Source: an uncultured Candidatus Saccharibacteria bacterium (GTDB lineage: Bacteria > Patescibacteriota > Minisyncoccia > Phycocordibacterales > Phycocordibacteraceae). From it: 64,000 nucleotides of DNA. This document shows positions 59,832-64,000 of this stretch, in pieces. Numbering within the stretch: position 1 is the stretch's first letter; each line of letters starts with the position of its first letter. The notes under the pieces were generated by a model. That model was not told the DNA's origin. It saw only the letters and a program-made list of their open reading frames with translations, and ran no database searches. Made by a program: the position numbers and the translations under genes. The DNA lies in the NCBI GenBank assembly GCA_964398815.1, contig CAYNNZ010000004.1, forward strand, positions 8,074-72,073, given 5' to 3'.

Positions 59832-60052
59832 ACCACTTTGACTTCGCGTCTGCGGATGAACTTATCCATACCCGCAACGTGATAGCTCGGGATGCCCTCG
59901 GGATCATCTTCTTGATTGCGTCCCTTCACGCGCACCTGCGTTCCGATAAGTTCGCAGACACACCCCGGATTGTCGCCGTGGACCTGAGCTTCGCAGCTGT
60001 GAATGACCACGTCCTCGCCGATGATCTTGTCATCGTATGTCCAGCACAGCAT
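59813..60052 (-). CDS. Possible small protein (79 aa from ATG)
   Basis: MLCWTYDDKIIGEDVVIHSCEAQVHGDNPGCVCELIGTQVRVKGRNQEDDPEGIPSYHVAGMDKFIRRREVKVVKRSSG. Its stop lies inside the terminator hairpin. Confidence 0.3.
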   Translation of the reverse strand: MLCWTYDDKIIGEDVVIHSCEAQVHGDNPGCVCELIGTQVRVKGRNQEDDPEGIPSYHVAGMDKFIRRREVKVVKRSSG

Positions 60053-60097
60053 GGCCTTCCCCTTCAATTATCACAACGTGCCTGTTGTGATAATCTC

Positions 60098-60290
60098 ACA
60101 CCATTCGGATGTAAGCATACTTACCTCTGACATTCGGGCCGTATCCATTGCTTGCATGGATACGTTCCCTCGTTCCGGAGAAACCGTACAAGCATACTTG
60201 TCCGATTCTCCTACTCTCGGGCCGTATGTAGGCATACGACCTTTCATTCCGCTCGAATATCAAAAGCTTTTTTGATATTCTCGCTACATT
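60098..60290 (+). repeat. Tandem degenerate tRNA-like units (two decayed copies, about 77-83 nt period) preceding tRNA-Pro(GGG)
   Basis: TCGGGCCGTAT (acceptor plus start of D-arm) recurs at 60134, 60217 and 60290 (the intact tRNA). AAGCATACTT hairpins at 60113 and 60190. D-arm-like palindromes TATCCAT-TGCTTGC-ATGGATA and GTATG-TAGG-CATAC. T-arm remnant GTCCGATTCTCC. Confidence 0.5.
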
Positions 60291-60361
60291 CGGGCCGTAG
60301 TATACCGGTAGTACGCGTCCATGGGGTGGATGTAGACCGAGTTCGATTCTCGGCGGCCCGA
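60291..60361 (+). tRNA. tRNA-Pro (anticodon GGG)
   Basis: Hand-folded: acceptor CGGGCCG/CGGCCCG, D-arm GTAT/GTAC, anticodon stem CGTCC/GGATG with loop ATGGGGT, T-arm CCGAG-TTCGATT-CTCGG, discriminator A; no encoded CCA. Confidence 0.85.
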
Positions 60362-60365
60362 CAAA

Positions 60366-60773
60366 TCACATTTTGAAAACTTTGGTCGCAACGATGTAGG
60401 TGAGCCCTGAAGTGACGGCAGTCATAATTGTTCCCCACGCAATATCGATAAGCGCACCATAGAGCGGCCAGCCAGTGAGCGTCGCAATATTCGTGAGGTC
60501 ATACGTCATGTATGCAGTCGCGCCGAGAACGGCACCCCATATAACGGCTGTGGATAACGAACGGAGGGCGAGTGCGGGTTTGAGCACGAAGAAAATGAGC
60601 GAGAGCGAGTAGACGACGTAAAAGATTCCAGCAGCCCACAGGACCGGGTCAGGACGGAAGAACGCACCGAACTGCGCATGATAGAACCCGCTTGCGATGA
60701 CGCCTATCCAGCTCGCGTCGAGCGCGACCGAAATAGGAAGTGCGAGACAAAAAAGTTTGAGATACGTTCTCAT
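60366..60773 (-). CDS. Hypothetical 4-TM membrane protein (135 aa)
   Basis: Hydrophobic ORF directly downstream of the TspO gene. Confidence 0.55.
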   Translation of the reverse strand: MRTYLKLFCLALPISVALDASWIGVIASGFYHAQFGAFFRPDPVLWAAGIFYVVYSLSLIFFVLKPALALRSLSTAVIWGAVLGATAYMTYDLTNIATLTGWPLYGALIDIAWGTIMTAVTSGLTYIVATKVFKM

Positions 60774-60775
60774 AG

Positions 60776-61246
60776 CTACGGGTTAAGAAGAATAATACCG
60801 AGATTGAGGCTGGACGCGTACGTAACCCACAGTAAGTACGGAATAAGTAGATAGGTCGCGCGATGTGAGAATCGCCAGAAGAAAATCATCATCGCGACGA
60901 TGAGGAGCCAAAGCGACTTGATGATTACTAGAGCCGATACGACATCCTCGAGACCGAAGAACACGACTGACCACGCGATATTAACGCCTAAATGCAGCAC
61001 AAATAGCGCAATAGCCCACTCACGACCCTTGCTACCAGAATTCCACACGAATCCGGCCGAGAGACCCATAAGGATGTAGAGCGTGTTCCAGACCGGACCG
61101 AAGACCCAGTTCGGCGGAGTCCACGAAGGATGTACCAACCCTGCGTACCATGAGCCTATTGCTGGAAAGGTGAATAACGATCCGATGCCTCCTGCTGCGA
61201 GCGAAAGTGCCACAAAAAAAGCGAATGGTTTCCAGGCAGTTTTCAT
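60776..61246 (-). CDS. tspO: TspO/MBR family (tryptophan-rich sensory protein / translocator protein)
   Basis: Trp-rich 5-TM protein with PSWTPPNWVFGPVWNTLYILMG motif. Start taken at ATG 61246, with a TATAAT-like box just upstream. Confidence 0.8.
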   Translation of the reverse strand: MKTAWKPFAFFVALSLAAGGIGSLFTFPAIGSWYAGLVHPSWTPPNWVFGPVWNTLYILMGLSAGFVWNSGSKGREWAIALFVLHLGVNIAWSVVFFGLEDVVSALVIIKSLWLLIVAMMIFFWRFSHRATYLLIPYLLWVTYASSLNLGIILLNP

Positions 61247-61295
61247 ATATGCATTATAGCCATTTGAGGCTCCATTTGTTATCGTGCGCAATACT

Positions 61296-61368
61296 GGACG
61301 ATTAGCTCAGTTGGTAGAGCGTTCGCTTCACACGCGAAAGGTCACAGGTCCGAGCCCTGTATCGTCCA
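61296..61368 (+). tRNA. tRNA-Val (anticodon CAC); unusual T-loop TCCGAGC with C at position 55
   Basis: Hand-folded: acceptor GGACGAT/ATCGTCC, D-arm GCTC-AGTTGGTA-GAGC, anticodon stem TTCGC/GCGAA with loop TTCACAC, T-stem ACAGG/CCTGT; no encoded CCA. Confidence 0.8.
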
Positions 61369-61404
61369 CCCGGGTTAACCCGAATAGCCCGGCCCAACAA
61401 CTAA

Positions 61405-61478
61405 CGGGGCGTAGTATACCGGTAGTACGCACGCTTCGGGTGCGTGAAGACCGAGTTCGATTCTCGGCGTCCCGACCA
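61405..61478 (+). tRNA. tRNA-Pro (anticodon CGG), CCA encoded
   Basis: Near-identical backbone to the GGG isoacceptor: acceptor CGGGGCG/CGTCCCG (G-U), anticodon stem CACGC/GCGTG with loop TTCGGGT, T-arm CCGAG-TTCGATT-CTCGG, then ACCA. Confidence 0.85.
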
Positions 61479-61531
61479 GTGCTTTATACTAATGAGAGTT
61501 ACTTTACCGCTTGCAACTAAACAACATTCAT

Positions 61532-61780
61532 ATGGCACCAAACGCAGGATTCGCAAAACCAATGACCCTCTCGCCTGAGCTTGAGGCAGTTATCGGCGCA
61601 GGACCCCTTCCGCGCTCTGAAGTTACCAAGAAGATCTGGGAGTACATCAAGAAACATGACCTCCAGAACCCAGCCAACAAGCGCAACATCCTCGCAGATG
61701 ACAAGCTGAAGGCAATCTTCGGAAAGGATGAGGTCACCATGTTCGAGATGACGAAGCTCGTCTCCGGACACCTCTCGTAA
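61532..61780 (+). CDS. SWIB/MDM2 domain protein
   Basis: LSPELEAVIGAGPLPRSEVTKKIWEYIKKHDLQNPANKRNILADDKLKAIFGKDEVTMFEMTKLVSGHL matches the SWIB-domain consensus. Followed by a terminator at 61801..61825. Confidence 0.8.
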   Translation: MAPNAGFAKPMTLSPELEAVIGAGPLPRSEVTKKIWEYIKKHDLQNPANKRNILADDKLKAIFGKDEVTMFEMTKLVSGHLS

Positions 61781-61800
61781 TCTGAATCCGTTCGAATGCA

Positions 61801-61825
61801 AAAGACCGCCCGAGGGCGGTCTTTT
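61801..61825. terminator. Bidirectional rho-independent terminator
   Basis: AAAGACCGCCC-GAG-GGCGGTCTTTTGCTATTT. Confidence 0.65.
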
Positions 61826-61826
61826 G

Positions 61827-62384
61827 CTATTTGAACTTCACCGAATCGAGAACATCGCTCACCTCCTTTACGACGACATCGTCTGCCGAGAGCCAGGTGT
61901 AGCTGAATACGTATATATGGTCCCCGAAGGAGACAATGCTGCTATTGCCTTCATAGAGGCCAGACCAGTCGAACGAGACTGCCGGAAGGCCGCCAATCAC
62001 GATTCCGTCACGAACTATCGATTGCTTGGTCCAGTTCGTATCCTGCCGCATCCATTCCTCTGGCGTGAGGTGCTGCGGGTTCTTATAGATATCGATGGTA
62101 ATGCTCGGAGGTCCTTCTCCCGCTACCGGCGCAGTGCTGTTTAGGATTGCGCGATTACTTTCCGAATTTTCCACAAGAACGACTGAGCGTTCCAGCTTTG
62201 CTTCGTTCGCGACGCGCTCCTTCATGTAGAGCGTGGGTCGATAGGTGAACGTAAGGCCCGCATTCGAGTATGTGAGCGTCCCTACCGTAGGCGGATTAGC
62301 CGTCTGGCGTGACTGGTAATGCCAGTATGCGAGTCCGACAAACACAAGAACGATTACTAGCAGGACAGCAAGTTTCTTCTTCAT
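61827..62384 (-). CDS. Hypothetical secreted protein (signal peptide/N-terminal anchor)
   Basis: MKKKLAVLLVIVLVFVGLAYW... followed by a soluble domain; 185 aa. Confidence 0.55.
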   Translation of the reverse strand: MKKKLAVLLVIVLVFVGLAYWHYQSRQTANPPTVGTLTYSNAGLTFTYRPTLYMKERVANEAKLERSVVLVENSESNRAILNSTAPVAGEGPPSITIDIYKNPQHLTPEEWMRQDTNWTKQSIVRDGIVIGGLPAVSFDWSGLYEGNSSIVSFGDHIYVFSYTWLSADDVVVKEVSDVLDSVKFK

Positions 62385-62386
62385 AC

Positions 62387-62746
62387 TTACTCAACAATCG
62401 TCTTGAATCCGCCGTAGCTGAAGTGCCTCGTGTCTACCGGCATCTTCTCGTGCTTATATTTGTCGTTGAAGTACTTCATCACCTGCTTATTCACCTTGTC
62501 GCGATGCGCGCGCGACTTGTAGACGATGTAGGAGAAGACGACAACTTCATTTGGTTTTGCGTTTGTCATCTTCCGGAACGGGTTCGGTACATACTTCCCG
62601 CCCGCTAAGTCATCTCCGATGCACTCCTTGTAATCGAGCGCGCCATATTTCATCCACATTTTCTTCCCTTCCGTCGCCATTTTCTTGTATGCAGCGAGCT
62701 GGGTCTTCGGGAAGGTAATTACGAATCCATCAACGTAGGTAGCCAT
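62387..62746 (-). CDS. DUF1428-family protein
   Basis: MATYVDGFVITFPKTQLAAYKKMATEGKKMWMKYGALDYKECIGDDL matches the conserved DUF1428 N-terminal pattern; 119 aa. Confidence 0.65.
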   Translation of the reverse strand: MATYVDGFVITFPKTQLAAYKKMATEGKKMWMKYGALDYKECIGDDLAGGKYVPNPFRKMTNAKPNEVVVFSYIVYKSRAHRDKVNKQVMKYFNDKYKHEKMPVDTRHFSYGGFKTIVE

Positions 62747-62757
62747 AGGTATGTAGG

Positions 62758-62979
62758 TTAGCGAAGCGGACCATCCAGGAGCGAGTCTATCTCGCGCACA
62801 GCGCGACGCAGATACTCTCGCATGCCCGTGCGCTTTTCGCGTGCATTCTCCTCGGATGTAGGGTCGTTGTAGTAGTAATCGATGACTTCGCGGGTAAGCG
62901 AGTCGCGGATGCCCGTCACGCGATTAATAAGGTCGCGATGCTCGCTTGCCGCACGGGAAAGGTCGAATTCGTCTGCCAT
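62758..62979 (-). CDS. Hypothetical small protein (73 aa)
   Basis: Charged ORF co-directional with, and 11 nt upstream of, the DUF1428 gene. Confidence 0.4.
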   Translation of the reverse strand: MADEFDLSRAASEHRDLINRVTGIRDSLTREVIDYYYNDPTSEENAREKRTGMREYLRRAVREIDSLLDGPLR

Positions 62980-63012
62980 AGGGAAATGGTACCACTCGCC
63001 TCATACGAAAAT

Positions 63013-63041
63013 TTGTCTCTCGTAAATTGCTTTTTTATAAA
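63013..63041 (+). promoter_or_regulatory. Putative sigma-70-type promoter (TTGTCT-17-TATAAA) for the gene at 63115
   Basis: Sequence inspection of the divergent intergenic region. Confidence 0.35.
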
Positions 63042-63114
63042 ATCGTGGTATTTTCTGCTCGTCATGTCTTCCGTTGTGGCGGACCTCTGACCTGGGTTAT
63101 GAAAGGACCTTGTT

Positions 63115-63729
63115 ATGCACTCAGCTCTCTGCCAAGCAGGCGGACTCCTGAAACACCTCATCGACAACCTCGATGGGAAGAACGGCGAAGAATGGTTGGA
63201 GATCTTGCGGCGAGCGCTTCGCCGCCAGAACCCATTCGAACTTCCGCAGCCCGATTTCGACACGGCGTTTGTGCTGGAGATGAGGAGCCGGAATTTCGAT
63301 GAGGTCTTCGCCCAGCTCAGGACGCACCTCTTCGGTATCTCCGACCGATACCTTCGTGCGAGTGGCGGCGAGGGAATCTTCTTCGGCGGCATACCCTTCG
63401 ACCAGCACATCGTCCTGGTCACTCCGGCGCAGCTGGGTGTGCGCACCCTGATGGGGAACGCTTCGGATCTTGCTCACCTGTGGGTGCGAGCCGAGGAGTT
63501 TGGTCTCAAGCCCTGCTTGCCGGCGACCGCACCCCTCGCGGTGCTCCAGCATCCGGATTGGTTCGCTTCACGAGAGTACGTGTACTTCGCGAGTCGGCCG
63601 TTCGAAGACGAGAAGGTCTGGTACACCCACAAGCACAACGGGAAGGTGACGCTCGACACCTGTCCCGCGGCATTGGACACCGAGGTCTTCCCGGACGAGC
63701 AGTGGGCCTTCTGGCTCCCTAACGGATAG
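63115..63729 (+). CDS. Hypothetical protein (204 aa)
   Basis: ORF with an AAAGGA RBS. Followed by a terminator GCCCCGC-GTAGTAT-GCGGGGCTCGATTTTTT at 63758..63789. Confidence 0.55.
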   Translation: MHSALCQAGGLLKHLIDNLDGKNGEEWLEILRRALRRQNPFELPQPDFDTAFVLEMRSRNFDEVFAQLRTHLFGISDRYLRASGGEGIFFGGIPFDQHIVLVTPAQLGVRTLMGNASDLAHLWVRAEEFGLKPCLPATAPLAVLQHPDWFASREYVYFASRPFEDEKVWYTHKHNGKVTLDTCPAALDTEVFPDEQWAFWLPNG

Positions 63730-63757
63730 CCAGCAGCACATCAGGGCAAAAGCCCAG

Positions 63758-63789
63758 AGCCCCGCGTAGTATGCGGGGCTCGATTTTTT
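63758..63789 (+). terminator. Rho-independent terminator
   Basis: GC-rich 7-bp stem followed by T6. Confidence 0.6.
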
Positions 63790-64000
63790 ATAGGTTAATG
63801 GTGACTGTCCCTATTTTCTCTATTTCCTGTGAGGACGTCCCCGACGTCGCCTAGGTCCTGAGGTGACTTAATCCGATAGGCCGTGATCGCGGAGACAGCT
63901 TCGGTAATTCAAGTCGATGTCAGATGTCTGCAGAACACTCTGATAGCAGGTGCGCCGTATATTCATAATTTGCTCGTTACTCGAGTAGCTCATCCATGCC

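Noticed and set aside
63800-64000. Terminal 200 bp with GACGTC-CCC-GACGTC and CCTAGG motifs; possible partial gene at the window edge
   Set aside because: No ORF of meaningful length in any frame (MDELLE* and similar). The short palindromic hexamers are common restriction-site-like words. Insufficient sequence to call anything.

Overview
This 64-kb window is gene-dense (about 85 protein genes, 4 tRNAs) and belongs to a small, streamlined bacterial genome of roughly 57% GC. Nearly all genes sit on the minus strand. Clearly recognisable housekeeping blocks are: an aminoacyl-tRNA synthetase cluster (aspS partial, trpS, tyrS with a convergent tRNA-Tyr and tyrA); class-I lysK with an ABC-F ATPase; the chaperone genes grpE-dnaK-dnaJ with three small unknown genes inserted between dnaK and dnaJ; the ribosomal/RNAP 'alpha operon' (infA-rpmJ-rpsM-rpsK-rpsD-rpoA-rplQ) followed by rplM-rpsI; alaS (short form), a pair of M16 peptidases, ung, mnmA, leuS and ychF; and a complete F1Fo ATP synthase operon (atpBEFHAGD-x-C) with minimal delta and epsilon subunits. 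The minimal ATP synthase subunits, short AlaRS, class-I LysRS, a SWIB-domain gene and two MltG paralogs suggest a reduced-genome lineage such as Patescibacteria/CPR; that placement is inference only. The most unusual features are: (1) a 620-aa protein that fuses an aldehyde-dehydrogenase-superfamily domain (catalytic Cys kept, general-base Glu lost, so reductase-like) and a lysine-rich N-terminal tail to a C-terminal domain clearly paralogous to the C-terminus of the nearby class-I LysRS, which I hypothesise is a tRNA-dependent reductase; (2) a LeuRS carrying a bona fide NUDIX hydrolase domain with a perfect Nudix box inserted in its CP1/editing region; (3) a cysteine-free L36; (4) a small TM gene inserted between atpD and atpC; (5) a low-GC island; (6) a perfect 34-bp palindrome; (7) a G-rich inverted-repeat element; (8) tandem degenerate tRNA-like fragments upstream of tRNA-Pro; and (9) a nuclease cluster (Cas4-like Fe-S nuclease, ATP-cone/Mrr-like endonuclease, UDG). 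No CRISPR array, rRNA or obvious mobile element was seen.
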